Below, in pieces: positions 17,896 through 28,108 of a stretch of DNA of 64,000 bases. Origin of the DNA: an uncultured delta proteobacterium (lineage in GTDB: Bacteria > Desulfobacterota > Binatia > HRBIN30 > BPIQ01); the NCBI GenBank assembly GCA_963761335.1, contig CAVXGR010000018.1, positions 608,001 to 672,000 on the forward strand. Reading direction: 5' to 3'. The position numbers were made by a program, and so were the translations under genes. The notes beneath the pieces are model-generated. The model had not been told where the DNA came from, ran no database searches, and saw nothing but the letters and a program-made list of their open reading frames with translations. How positions within the stretch are numbered: the stretch's first letter is position 1; every line of letters begins with the position of its first letter.

Positions 17896-19767
17896 ATGAG
17901 CGGATGGCGGTTGGTGACTGTGGCGGTGGCGCTCGCGGGCGCCGCCGCGTGGAGCGGATGCGATGACGGCGGCGTCATCCTGCTGGCGACACCGACGGCA
18001 GCGGCCCCGCCGTCGGTAACTGCGGTTGCCGCGACGGCCACGGCGGCGCCACCTACCGAGACGCCGGAGGCCACGGTCACGGCGACGGCCGAGGCGAGCC
18101 CCACGGTGGTTGGCGGCGGCGAGCTGCGCGTCGGCGTTGCCGCCATCAAGCTCACGCCCTGCGGCACCAATCCCGACTGGGATGGGCCGATCACCGCGAG
18201 CGGCGTGTGGGGAGAGCAGTTCACCGATACCAACGGCAACGGCCGCTGGGATATGGGCGAGGAGTTCGTCGACGACCCGGTGAACACCGAGCTCGACGCG
18301 CGCTCGGCCGGCAAGTACGACGGCATCTTCATGGCCGGCTTCGGCAACGATCGCATCGCCACCGGCTGCCATGACGATACCTGGGCTCGCGCTCTCGTGC
18401 TGCAGAGCGGCGATACCAAGGTCGCCATGGTGAGTGTGGATTTCGTCGGCGAGGTCTACTACGGGTCCTACTACGGATTTGCGCACGCCCAGGACATGGT
18501 CGATTCCACACTGGGCATCGATGCCTTCGTCTTCAGCAGCACCCACGACCACCAGGCGCCCGACAGCCTCGGCCTCTGGGGGGTCGACGAGCTCACCGAC
18601 GGCAAGTTCCCGCGTTACCTGCAGTTCGTCGACCGCGAGGTGGCGCGCGCCATCAGCGAGGCGGCGGCGCCGGAGGCGATGCGGCCGGTGCACGTGATCG
18701 CGGCGCAGACGGATCCCTCGCAGTCACCCGGCCTGCGCGGCCTGCAGGTGCGCACCGGTTGCCGGCCGCCGTTCTTCTTCGACGAGGAGGCGCGCGCCCT
18801 GCAGTTCGTCGACGCCGACGGGCAGACGGTCGCCACCCTGGTGAACTGGAACACCCATCCGGAGTCGCTCGAGGACGCCAACACCCTGGTGACCTCCGAC
18901 TTCATCCACTACATCCGCCAGCGAGTCGAGAGCGAGCTCGGCGGCACGGCCGTGTACTTCACCGGCGACCTCGGCGCCGTGGAGATCGTCGGCGATACCT
19001 GCGTGGGCGGCGCTCCACCGCACGAGAACGACGGCAGCAACCCCTTCGACAAGCGCGACGACCTCGGCTTTGCGCGCACCGAGATGCTCGGCGACCTGGT
19101 CGGCGACGCCGTGGTCGGGGCGCTGCGCCAGGGGCAGTCTCTGGATGCGGTCAACGTGCAGGTGGCGCGGCAGGACTATCACATCGCCGGAACCAACGCG
19201 GCCTTTGCGCTGGCCAATGCGGTTGGCGTGCTCGACCTCGACATGGACCGCTTCAGCGTCGACAACTGCCCGAGCGGCACCGTCATTTGCGTTCCCGTCG
19301 AGCAGCACCTGGTGACGCTGGCCGATGCCCAGAACCAGCCGCTGGCGCAGATCGTCACGGCGCCCGGCGAGCTGTTTCCGGAGCTCTTCTACGGCACGGC
19401 GCAACACCACCGCACCGACTGCCCGCAGGCGGACACGGGCCTGGCGTACGAGCCGTCGCTGCGCGACGGCATGAGCGCGCCGTACCGCTTTCTCGTCGGC
19501 CTCTCCCCGGACGAGCTCGGATACATCGTCCCCGGGTACGACTTCCGTGCCGAGGCGGAGCCCTTCGCCGAGGCGCCCGACCCGTGTCAGGGGCAGAACT
19601 TCGATCCGCAGGTGCCGCGCCGCACGGTGCCGGCGCACTACCACGAGAGCCTTTCCGTCGGCGTCGACATCGCCGCCACCACCACCTGCTACGGTCTGCG
19701 GCTGCTGGGCCGCGACGACGAGGTGAACGCCAACGCCGCCTGCCAGCGAGTCCTCGGCGCGCCGTGA
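17896..19767 (+). CDS. Lipoprotein with neutral/alkaline ceramidase-like hydrolase domain
   Basis: AWSGC lipobox, Thr/Pro linker, HDDTWARALV, STHDHQAPD, THPE, PGELFPE, DELGYIVP motifs. Confidence 0.72.
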   Translation: MSGWRLVTVAVALAGAAAWSGCDDGGVILLATPTAAAPPSVTAVAATATAAPPTETPEATVTATAEASPTVVGGGELRVGVAAIKLTPCGTNPDWDGPITASGVWGEQFTDTNGNGRWDMGEEFVDDPVNTELDARSAGKYDGIFMAGFGNDRIATGCHDDTWARALVLQSGDTKVAMVSVDFVGEVYYGSYYGFAHAQDMVDSTLGIDAFVFSSTHDHQAPDSLGLWGVDELTDGKFPRYLQFVDREVARAISEAAAPEAMRPVHVIAAQTDPSQSPGLRGLQVRTGCRPPFFFDEEARALQFVDADGQTVATLVNWNTHPESLEDANTLVTSDFIHYIRQRVESELGGTAVYFTGDLGAVEIVGDTCVGGAPPHENDGSNPFDKRDDLGFARTEMLGDLVGDAVVGALRQGQSLDAVNVQVARQDYHIAGTNAAFALANAVGVLDLDMDRFSVDNCPSGTVICVPVEQHLVTLADAQNQPLAQIVTAPGELFPELFYGTAQHHRTDCPQADTGLAYEPSLRDGMSAPYRFLVGLSPDELGYIVPGYDFRAEAEPFAEAPDPCQGQNFDPQVPRRTVPAHYHESLSVGVDIAATTTCYGLRLLGRDDEVNANAACQRVLGAP

Positions 19768-20390
19768 GCCGTCTGCCGGCGCTTGCGGCCGCGTTCCTGG
19801 GGATCGGGCTCGTCGCCGCGTCCCCGGCCGCGGCCCACATCCCGTCGCTGCGCGGGCACCTCATCGAGCTGGTGCGCGGCAGCGACCTGGTGGTCGCCGG
19901 GACGGTTCTCTCCGAAGCCGCTGATGGGCCTGGCCGTCGCCTGACCACCATCCGCGTCGAGTCGGTGCTCGCCGGCAAGGCCGAGGAGAAGCAGCTGCGC
20001 TTTCGCGGCCGGACGCGGTTCGTGCCGCAGCGCCGCTATGTCTTCTTCCTGCAGCGCGCCGGCGATGTCATCGAGTGCCCGCAGGGATCCGGGACGCTCT
20101 TCCCGGCATCGGCGGAGGATGACGCCGCCTACCGCGCCGCCGTCGACCGCATCCGCCGCGCCCTCGGCCAGCCGCCGGACCTCCAGGCCGAGGCCATGCG
20201 TGCGGCCCTGATCGCCACGCTCACCGCGACGCCGCAGTCATTGCGCTACCACGCCGCCTTCGATCTCGCCGCCGTCGGCAGCCACGACGGGCCGCCAACG
20301 CTGGCGCAGCGGGCGGCGCTCAACCGCCTCCTCGACGACCCGCAGCTCGATCCGGCGCTGCGGCCCTTTCTCACGGCGCTGCTGCGCTAG
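19764..20390 (+). CDS. Hypothetical exported protein
   Basis: GTGA overlap with the upstream stop; signal peptide ending AAA-H; LIELVRGSDLVVAGTV. Confidence 0.7.
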   Translation: MSRLPALAAAFLGIGLVAASPAAAHIPSLRGHLIELVRGSDLVVAGTVLSEAADGPGRRLTTIRVESVLAGKAEEKQLRFRGRTRFVPQRRYVFFLQRAGDVIECPQGSGTLFPASAEDDAAYRAAVDRIRRALGQPPDLQAEAMRAALIATLTATPQSLRYHAAFDLAAVGSHDGPPTLAQRAALNRLLDDPQLDPALRPFLTALLR

Positions 20391-20580
20391 CTGGGAACAA
20401 GGTCGGCAGCAGGGGGGCAGTGCCTCATGAGCCTGCGGCTCGCACCAGGCGACGAAGATCGCCGGCCCACGGCTGCGTCTCTCATCGAGGCCGGGGCGCT
20501 GCCCGGCGAAAGGGTCGCGCGCGGGCTTTGCCCGCGCCCTGGGGTCTGGACGTTTCCTCTCGGTGCGGCGGTGCGGCTCT

Positions 20581-20663
20581 CGCCCCGCAGGGGCGCAGGC
20601 ATGTGGCCCCGGGTGCAACCCGGGGGAATCGCGGCGCAATCCGATGCGCCCCGTCAGGGGCGC
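20581..20663. repeat. REP-like element related to 10996-11193
   Basis: CGCCCCGCAGGGGCGCAGGCATGTGGCCCCGGGTGCAACCCGGGG matches the arms at ~11.0-11.2 kb; lies between convergent genes. Confidence 0.75.
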
Positions 20664-20676
20664 GGGATCGCGCGAT

Positions 20677-21447
20677 TCACTCCCGGCGCGCCACCAGAAC
20701 CCGCTCGCTGAGCTCGGCAGTCGTCGCGGTCTGCCGTCCGCGGATCTCCTCCAGCCGGCATTCGACCTGCCGTCGCACGTCTTCTTCGGCGATGCTCAGC
20801 CAACGGATGCGCAGCCATTCCTCGAGCGCCGCCCAGTCCACGCGAAACGGCTCCTCGCGTACCTCCGCGACCAATCCGATGCGGCCACATGCCGTCAGCG
20901 CCCGAGATTCGTCGTCCTCAACGGCGCGCATGCGGGACGAGGAGAAGACCGGCTGGAGCTCCTGCCGATCCTCGGCAGTGAGCATCCAGGCCAGGGGATT
21001 CTGCCGCCCGGCGGAGCCGACCGTGGCGATCAGCCGTCCGCCATTGGCGAGCACGCGCCGCACCTCGGCGATGCAGGCGTCCATGTCGCTCATCAGCAGC
21101 AGCACGTGGCTCATGAAGACGAGATCGAAGACCCCAGAGCGGAAGGGCAGCGCCAGGGCGTCGGCACGCAGCAGTGGCGCCGAGGGTGGCAGCCGGCGGT
21201 GCGCCTCGGCCAGCATCGCCGGGGAGAGATCGACGCCGTGGGCACGGCGGGCGCCCGGGCGCCCCTCCAGAGTGGAGAGAAAGGCGCCGTTGCCGCAGCC
21301 GAGGTCGAGCAGGCGTCCGCTGATCTCGCTCTCGCCGAAGGCCGCCCGCAGCATGGCCTCGCGCCGCGCACGGAAGTACGCCCCCTCGCCGTAGACCGGT
21401 GCCAGGCGGTCGTAATAGGTGGCGACCACGCCCTCACGATCGTCCAT
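20677..21447 (-). CDS. Class I SAM-dependent methyltransferase
   Basis: LLDLGCGNG, GVDLSPAML, ADALALPF, FDLV, RRVL..GG. Confidence 0.92.
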   Translation of the reverse strand: MDDREGVVATYYDRLAPVYGEGAYFRARREAMLRAAFGESEISGRLLDLGCGNGAFLSTLEGRPGARRAHGVDLSPAMLAEAHRRLPPSAPLLRADALALPFRSGVFDLVFMSHVLLLMSDMDACIAEVRRVLANGGRLIATVGSAGRQNPLAWMLTAEDRQELQPVFSSSRMRAVEDDESRALTACGRIGLVAEVREEPFRVDWAALEEWLRIRWLSIAEEDVRRQVECRLEEIRGRQTATTAELSERVLVARRE

Positions 21448-21588
21448 GAACGATGTTAAAGCGGCGCTGCGGGACGCCGTCAATCTGGACAGCCGTGTTG
21501 TGGTCGTTGCGCCTCCGACGGCAGTCGGGCCCAGCTGCTGCCGGGCGACGTGCGCGTGCACAGCGAGGTGCGCTGCGGCTCCGCTCCC

Positions 21589-24075
21589 TCAGTTCATCAC
21601 CTTGGCGCGCAGGTGACCGGCGGAGTTCTGTTGGATGCTCTCCGTCGGGAAGCGGCCCTCGAAGCAGATGCCGTTGCTGGCGTTGGTGATCTGCGCCACC
21701 AGCGGCGGGGTGACCCCGCTCAGGACCGGGCGGGGGAGATTCATGCCGCCGCCGCGAACCACGATGCGGCTGCGATCGAGATCGCTCCCCTTGAGGACGA
21801 TCCGCTTCACTCCACCCGCTGATTGGGTTGGGTCGACGTAGCGGTAGCCGCTCTTGATCGGCTTCCATGCCGTGCCCGGAGGAACCTGCATGCCCATGAC
21901 CGCTCCGCGCGTGTCGTACAGGCAGAAGACATAGGCGGCGGTCGCCGTGGGGTCGGCGAAGTCGGACTGCGTCGTCGGCTGACCGCGGAGCCACTTCCAG
22001 AGCAGCATGTCGCGCCCCTCGAGCTCGGCGTGTTGCTGCACGAAGAGCACGCTCTTGCCGGCGGCGCGGCAGCCACTTCTGGGCGCCGTGCCGCACGCCG
22101 GGTCGGGCGTTGGCGTGCTGCTCGGAGGCCCCGTGGGAGTCAGGGTCGGAAAAACGGCGCCGACGTTGACGCTGATGTGGCCGAGATTGGAGTCGATCGA
22201 TCCGTCCCAGGCGGCGAAGGAAAAGGAGTCGGTGCCGCTGAACCCGGTTTCAGGGAAATAGGTTGCGGTGGTGCCGGTGAGGCCGACGGTGCCGTGCGAC
22301 GGCTGCGATACGATGCGGAAGGCCAGCGGGTTACCGTCGGCATCGGTGCCGACGAGCCCGATGCTCCCCGGCATGCCGATGAAGGTGACCAGCGAGCCGT
22401 CGCTTACCGCCGGGGCGCGGTTGGGATTGCGCGACTCGTTGCTCGGCCCGAGGTGGCAGGCGTAGCAGCCGATCTGAAATCCGCGCCAGAAGGTCTTGTT
22501 GCCGAGCTCAGTGGCGAGAATGCGATCCGCCTGCGAGCGCGACAGCACCGTGCCGCGGTAGTCGCTGCCGTGGCAGGCGCGGCACTGCGACGTGCCACCC
22601 TGCTCGGCGGCGGACTGGTGCTGCTGCACCCAGGCGTTGCCGATCGGGTGCATGCCGTGCGGTCCACCGGTCACGGTGGCCGGCTGGGTGGCGTGGCAGC
22701 CGGAGCATTCGGAGAGCATTCCGGAATGCCCCTGGCGCTGAATGCTCTGGATGTTGTCGTTGCCGTGGATGGACGGGAAGACGGCGTGGGTCGAGCCGTG
22801 ACACGCCTCGCACTTCAAGCCGCCGTGGCCGGCGGAGAAGCGATAGAGGGAGAGACCTGGTGCGGGGGTATCGCTGTTGGTGGCGAAGGTCGAGTCGACC
22901 GCGACCCGTGGAACCCCGGGGGTGGTGAACACCGATGTGTAGCGGATCTGACCGTTGTTGTGGGAAGCCGTTCCGGTGTGGCATTCCTGACAGCTCGGCT
23001 CGTTGAGCCAGCCGGTGCGCGACGGGCTGGCCACCTCGCTCATGGTGCCGTGGCAGCTCTGACATTGAATCGCCAGCGTGCCGTCGGCGGCGACCGAGGC
23101 GCCCATGGCGCCGCGCAGGCATCGCGTGTCCGACCCGGGGTGACAGCGGTAGCACGCCGAGCGGTTGAGCGTGGATCCCAATGTCATTCCCGTCACCGGA
23201 TCCTCCACGTTCGCGTGCAGGCCGTGCAGGGACTGCGTCAGCGGCGCGACTCCGGGCGCGCCGCCGCCGCCGAGCGCCTCCGACGAGTGGCAGCGGGCAC
23301 AGAGGATCGAGGTGCCGCCCTGGACCGTGGCCATCAGTCCGTCGGTGTTGTAGCCGGCGAAGGAGAGAGCTCCGGAGTACGCCGGGTTCGCCGCCTGTCG
23401 CTCGTCGTGCAGCTGGATGATGTTGAGGCGCATTTCGCGCTCGGGGTTGGGGTCGTTCGTCCAGCCGGCCCCCGGGCGCGCCGCCGGAGCGGATCCGGAG
23501 GCGTGGCAGCTCTTGCAGCTCATCTCGTCAGAGATCGGCAGGACGATGTCGGTGGTCGCCAGCACCGCGCCGCCGCTATCGCGCGCCACCAGGTGCATGA
23601 GCGGGTAGTAGTTCTTCTGCCCGGCGTCGTCATAGGGCGTCAGGGGAATGCCCTCCGCGATCCACCACGACGAGGCGACGTCGAACGACATTGCTTGCGG
23701 CTCGTTGGTCGGGCCGGGCATGTCCTTGCCCAGTAGGCCCTGGTCGGGGCCCAGGGCGACACCGAACAGCGACAGCGAGTACTGCCAGAAGTTGAGCTTG
23801 TTCTGCGAGGTGGCGTTGATCGAGCCGTTTGGGTCAGCGTTCGCCTCGTAGGTGACGGTGATGCCGGTCGCATCCGTGACCAGGTGGCCCTGCGGATCGA
23901 TGAGCTGCGCGTGGATGGTGTTGTACGGGGGCAAGAGGGAGAAGACGGAGAAGTCGCCGTCGGTACAGTGCATCCCCAGGTTGTTCCAGCCGACCAGCGT
24001 CCACGGAGCTGCGTTTGCCGGGGCCGCTGTGCAGATGGCGAGAACGATGAGGCCGCTTTTCCAGAACCTTGCCAT
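21589..24075 (-). CDS. Exported multiheme c-type cytochrome (9 CxxCH) with Ig-like domain and ~170 aa C-terminal domain
   Basis: Signal peptide; CKSCH, CARCH, CYRCH, CQSCH, CQECH, CEACH, CSGCH, CRACH, CYACH; then NRAP..DADG..PSHG..FSGTDSFSF (Big_9/cadherin-like) and a TP linker. Confidence 0.92.
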   Translation of the reverse strand: MARFWKSGLIVLAICTAAPANAAPWTLVGWNNLGMHCTDGDFSVFSLLPPYNTIHAQLIDPQGHLVTDATGITVTYEANADPNGSINATSQNKLNFWQYSLSLFGVALGPDQGLLGKDMPGPTNEPQAMSFDVASSWWIAEGIPLTPYDDAGQKNYYPLMHLVARDSGGAVLATTDIVLPISDEMSCKSCHASGSAPAARPGAGWTNDPNPEREMRLNIIQLHDERQAANPAYSGALSFAGYNTDGLMATVQGGTSILCARCHSSEALGGGGAPGVAPLTQSLHGLHANVEDPVTGMTLGSTLNRSACYRCHPGSDTRCLRGAMGASVAADGTLAIQCQSCHGTMSEVASPSRTGWLNEPSCQECHTGTASHNNGQIRYTSVFTTPGVPRVAVDSTFATNSDTPAPGLSLYRFSAGHGGLKCEACHGSTHAVFPSIHGNDNIQSIQRQGHSGMLSECSGCHATQPATVTGGPHGMHPIGNAWVQQHQSAAEQGGTSQCRACHGSDYRGTVLSRSQADRILATELGNKTFWRGFQIGCYACHLGPSNESRNPNRAPAVSDGSLVTFIGMPGSIGLVGTDADGNPLAFRIVSQPSHGTVGLTGTTATYFPETGFSGTDSFSFAAWDGSIDSNLGHISVNVGAVFPTLTPTGPPSSTPTPDPACGTAPRSGCRAAGKSVLFVQQHAELEGRDMLLWKWLRGQPTTQSDFADPTATAAYVFCLYDTRGAVMGMQVPPGTAWKPIKSGYRYVDPTQSAGGVKRIVLKGSDLDRSRIVVRGGGMNLPRPVLSGVTPPLVAQITNASNGICFEGRFPTESIQQNSAGHLRAKVMN

Positions 24076-24170
24076 CGCACACCCTCCCGTAGGTGGCAGT
24101 GGAGTGAACGCACCCACCGCCACCGGCGCCTTCGCGCGAAACCGACCCAACTATCCAGTGCTTCCCGCTT

Positions 24171-24185
24171 GCAACGGTTGTGCCC
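24171..24185 (-). promoter_or_regulatory. Sigma54 -24/-12 promoter of the multiheme cytochrome
   Basis: Minus strand GGGCAC-aaccg-TTGC about 95 bp upstream of the ATG. Confidence 0.65.
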
Positions 24186-24504
24186 AGAAATTCGCGGCGC
24201 GCTTCCTGGGGCGGCTGGCAGATGGTTCGCAAGGTTGAGGTTTGTCCGACTGCTGCTTTCTCGATCTCTCTCGGGTTTTTCGGGCTTTCGAAACGAGACT
24301 CGCGAGATCGCCCTCCCCAGACGCCGTAGATCGCTGGTGCTCTCGGGGATCTGGAACGCCGAGTGGCATTGCAGGCTCTATGATGCACACGAATGGGCGG
24401 CAGTCGGCAAGGAACGATCGGTCGGGACAGAGCCGTGTGTGCGTCGTCTGACGCCGATCCGCGCGCACTTGACGCCGGCGGCCCGATTGCGCTCAGGTCG
24501 GACC

Positions 24505-25986
24505 GTGCCGGCACCCCACTACGATCGGATGAGCGCCACGGACCTGGTCTTCCTCGAGCTCGAGGATGCGAGCGTCTCAATGCACATCGGCGCGGTGTGC
24601 ATCTTCGAAGGGCGCTCGCTGCTCGGAGCGCACGGGGCCCTCGACATCGAGCGCATGCAGGCGTTCATGGAGTCCTCCCTCGCAGGCAATCCTCGCTTCC
24701 GCCAGCGCCTCGCTCGCGTCCCGCTGCTCGAGCATCCGGTGTGGATCGACGATCCGCGCTTCAACCTGGGCTACCACGTCCACCACACGAGTCTGCCCCG
24801 TTCCGGCAGCGATCAGCAGCTGAAACGGCTGGCTGGTCGCCTCATGAGTCAACGGCTCGACCACGACAAACCCCTCTGGGAGATGTGGTTCGTCGACGGC
24901 CTCCAGGGGAACCGGGTCGCCCTGATCGCGAAGTTCCACCACTGCATGATCGACGGCATCGCCGGCGTCGACATTCTGGCCTCGATCCTGCGGCTCGATC
25001 GGGGCCGGCGTATTCCGAGGCCGGCGGCATGGACACCGCGCCCGGCGCCGAGCGGCGTGCGGCTACTGGTCGACGAAGTCCTCCGGCGCGCCGCGCTGCC
25101 CATCGATGCGTTGCGCACAGCCGGCGAGCTGCTGCGCGATCCGGGGCAAGCGATGGAGCGCTTGGGCAAGGCCGTGCGCGACTTCGCCGGAGCCGCGAGC
25201 GCAAACATGACCGTCGCCTCCGCCACGCCGCTGAACCGGACCGTCGGGCCGCACCGCAGCTTCGATTGGACACGCATCGATCTCGCTGCGGTGAAGGCGA
25301 TCAAGCAGCGCTTGGGCGGCACGGTGAACGACGTCGTGCTCACCGTCGTTGCCGGCGCCACCGGACGCTTTCTCGACCGCGCCGGCGTACCGATGGACGA
25401 CATCGACTTTCGAGTCAGCATGCCCGTCAACGTGCGCGGAGCAGGCGAACATGGGGCTTTGGGGAACCGGGTCGGCGTGTTGACCATCTCTTTGCCGGTC
25501 GCCGAGCGCAACTCGCGCCGTCGCCTGCAAACCGTCATCGATACCACGCAGGAGCTCAAGCGTTCCGGCCAGCTGCACGGCGTGGAGATGATTGCCGAGA
25601 TCAGCGATCGCCTCTTCCCACCGCTCGCCGGATGGCTGGCCTGGATCGCCGCGCGCGCCCGCATGTACAACCTGTCGGTGACCAACGTCCCGGGCCCGCA
25701 GGTGCCGGTCTACCTGCTCGGTGCGCGCCTGCTCGAGATCTATCCGCTCGCGTTTCTGTTCTCGCACCAGGCGCTGACCGTCGCCATCCTGAGCTATCGC
25801 GGTGAATTGTTCTGGACGTTGACCGCCGACCCCGTGGCGCTGCCGCACGTGCACGAGTTGATCGCCGCCACGGAAGCGGAGTTCGATGCCCTGGCCACGG
25901 CGGCTGGGGTGACCCGACCGAGGCGCGCCCGCGCGAGAACTGTACCTCGAGAGGGGAAGAAAAGGGGACATACCCCATCTGGATGA
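24505..25986 (+). CDS. Wax ester synthase/diacylglycerol acyltransferase (WS/DGAT)
   Basis: HHCMIDG catalytic motif, PLWE, TVNDVVL, LGN, TNVPGP. Confidence 0.95.
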   Translation: MPAPHYDRMSATDLVFLELEDASVSMHIGAVCIFEGRSLLGAHGALDIERMQAFMESSLAGNPRFRQRLARVPLLEHPVWIDDPRFNLGYHVHHTSLPRSGSDQQLKRLAGRLMSQRLDHDKPLWEMWFVDGLQGNRVALIAKFHHCMIDGIAGVDILASILRLDRGRRIPRPAAWTPRPAPSGVRLLVDEVLRRAALPIDALRTAGELLRDPGQAMERLGKAVRDFAGAASANMTVASATPLNRTVGPHRSFDWTRIDLAAVKAIKQRLGGTVNDVVLTVVAGATGRFLDRAGVPMDDIDFRVSMPVNVRGAGEHGALGNRVGVLTISLPVAERNSRRRLQTVIDTTQELKRSGQLHGVEMIAEISDRLFPPLAGWLAWIAARARMYNLSVTNVPGPQVPVYLLGARLLEIYPLAFLFSHQALTVAILSYRGELFWTLTADPVALPHVHELIAATEAEFDALATAAGVTRPRRARARTVPREGKKRGHTPSG

Positions 25987-26101
25987 TCGCCGACGCCGAC
26001 GTAAAGGCACCTGAGCGTGACCGTGAACCCAACGGCGACGTGGGTGATCCGGGACTTGTTCTGGCACTTGAGTGTGCCGCCAAGCATGCGATACCTGGGT
26101 G

Positions 26102-26884
26102 ATGGGTAAGCTCGCCGTGATTACCGGCGCATCAGCCGGCATTGGTCGCGCCACCGCGCTTGAGCTTGCGGCTGCCGGTCTGCGCGTAATCGCGGTCGGA
26201 CGCCGCGGAGCGCAGCTCGCAGAGCTGTCCCGGCTGAGTACCTCCATCGAGCCAATCGTCGCCGATGTGACGACCCAGGAGGGCCGTGGGCGGATCTGCG
26301 CAGCGGTGGGGCAGAGGCCCCTGTATACGCTCCTGCACGCGGCCGGGGTCTTTCCACGTGGACGGATCACGGCTTTGTCGCCGCAGGAATGGCGCGCGGC
26401 AATCGCAACGAACGTGGAAGCGCGCCTGTGGCTCGTGCTGCGCCTGCGCGAACGACTACGCGGGGGCCGCGTCTTGTTCATCGGGTCGGATGCTGCAACG
26501 ACGCCGCGCCCTGGCGGCGCCGCATACTCGGTGACGCAGGCTGCGACGGCGATGCTGTGCCGATGCATGGCAGCCGATCTCGGGGAGGAGATGGCGATTG
26601 CCATCGCAAAACCGGGCCTGGTGGCGACCGGCATGCTCACTGCGTCTTTGGGTATCGCGCTTGACGAGTTCCCGGCGCGCCGCATCTATGAGGAGATGCA
26701 GCGCCGTGGCGAAACCATTGCTGCCGAGACCGTGGCGCGCTTCTTCCGCTTTCTGCTGTTGGACGTAGAGACAGGGGAGCTCTGCAAAAGCGAATGGGAC
26801 ATTCGCGATACGAGCCACCACACGCGCTGGCTGCAAGGCAACCTGTACCGTGGAGCGCCTGAAGAGATGGACGACGACGAATAG
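26102..26884 (+). CDS. Atypical SDR oxidoreductase (YxxxQ instead of YxxxK)
   Basis: TGASAGIG nucleotide-binding motif; AAYSVTQAA; PGLVATGM. Confidence 0.85.
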   Translation: MGKLAVITGASAGIGRATALELAAAGLRVIAVGRRGAQLAELSRLSTSIEPIVADVTTQEGRGRICAAVGQRPLYTLLHAAGVFPRGRITALSPQEWRAAIATNVEARLWLVLRLRERLRGGRVLFIGSDAATTPRPGGAAYSVTQAATAMLCRCMAADLGEEMAIAIAKPGLVATGMLTASLGIALDEFPARRIYEEMQRRGETIAAETVARFFRFLLLDVETGELCKSEWDIRDTSHHTRWLQGNLYRGAPEEMDDDE

Positions 26885-27091
26885 GCAGGACATCCACGCT
26901 CTGCCAACAATACTACTCGGCTGCGAGTCCCAGCCGCACCCGGCCAGCAGGGCGGCGAGGAGGAGAACCGAAAGTCGCCGCAGCTCATTCATGCGGTCAG
27001 CGCTCGGGGAAGCGCAAGCCCATATACCGGTGGCTCCGATACGGCTTGTTGACGAGGCAGTGCGACTCGATCCCAGCGACGAGACCGGCAC

Positions 27092-28108
27092 TTACTCGGA
27101 GTATCGGTTCGCATGCCGGCGCGGGGTGTCTCCGGTCCAGCGCCTGAAGGCGCGCGTGAAAGCCGCTGCATTGGAGAACCCGAGCAGAAACGCGATCTCT
27201 TTGATCGAATACCGGTCTCTGCGCAGGTAGCCACGAGCAAGGTCTTCGCGCGCCTGGTTGAGAAGCATGCGGTAGTTTGCGCCCTCCGTGGCCAGCAGGC
27301 GATGGAGGTGGCTTGGACTCAGGCAGAGCCGCCGGGCGATGATTCGCTCGGTCGGTCCATCCGGCATGGTTTCCAGCAAGGCCCGGAGTACCTGGGCGGA
27401 AAGCGTCTCCTGCTCCATCGCCGCAAGCTGCTGCGCGACGATTTCATCACTCTGCCGGGCAAGTGCGATATTCCCGTCCGGAAGTCGCCGTTCGAGGTCC
27501 GTTCTGGCGTACTCGATCAGGTTCGTATGCGCGCCGAATTGAACCTCGCATCGAAACGTCTTGTGGAAGCGGTCCACGCTCGGTGGCGCCGGACGCCGCA
27601 TTCGGATCACCGATGGGTTGACCCCACGGTCGCTCGCCAGGGACCGCACCCCGTGAACGATCAGCGCCGAAAAGGCGTCAATCCCCTCGAAGGGAGGTCC
27701 ACCCGGAAAGCTGGTGTCGATCTCGAAGGTCCCGCGGTCTTTCGTGATGGTGAAGCGGAGGGCAACGGAGTCACTGATGAAGCCCTGGTACCGCACCAGA
27801 CGGCCGAACATGGCCTTGAGATTCGGGCTGGCGATGATTCCGTAGGCCAGGGCCCCGAGGGTCGCAGGGGTCACGAACCGTGGTACTGTCAGCCCGAAAC
27901 AAGGATCACCGGTGACCTCGACGGCGCGGTGCCAGAAATCCGTGACCGCCGACTGCGGCGCCCGTATCTCGGGATCACGAATTACGCGAGCGGTGACCCC
28001 TGCATCGAGAGCGATCTGCTTCCCGTCGATCCCTTCAGCGTCAAGGGCGCGGATGATGGCGTGAACCCAGTTCCCGAGGACGGAAGGCGTTCTCCTGTGC
28101 GTCGTCAT
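27092..28108 (-). CDS. AraC family transcriptional regulator (OruR/Arabinose_bd_2 type)
   Basis: C-terminal IKEIAFLLGFSNAAAFTRAFRRWTGDTP; N-terminal TGDPCFGL ligand domain. Confidence 0.95.
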   Translation of the reverse strand: MTTHRRTPSVLGNWVHAIIRALDAEGIDGKQIALDAGVTARVIRDPEIRAPQSAVTDFWHRAVEVTGDPCFGLTVPRFVTPATLGALAYGIIASPNLKAMFGRLVRYQGFISDSVALRFTITKDRGTFEIDTSFPGGPPFEGIDAFSALIVHGVRSLASDRGVNPSVIRMRRPAPPSVDRFHKTFRCEVQFGAHTNLIEYARTDLERRLPDGNIALARQSDEIVAQQLAAMEQETLSAQVLRALLETMPDGPTERIIARRLCLSPSHLHRLLATEGANYRMLLNQAREDLARGYLRRDRYSIKEIAFLLGFSNAAAFTRAFRRWTGDTPRRHANRYSE

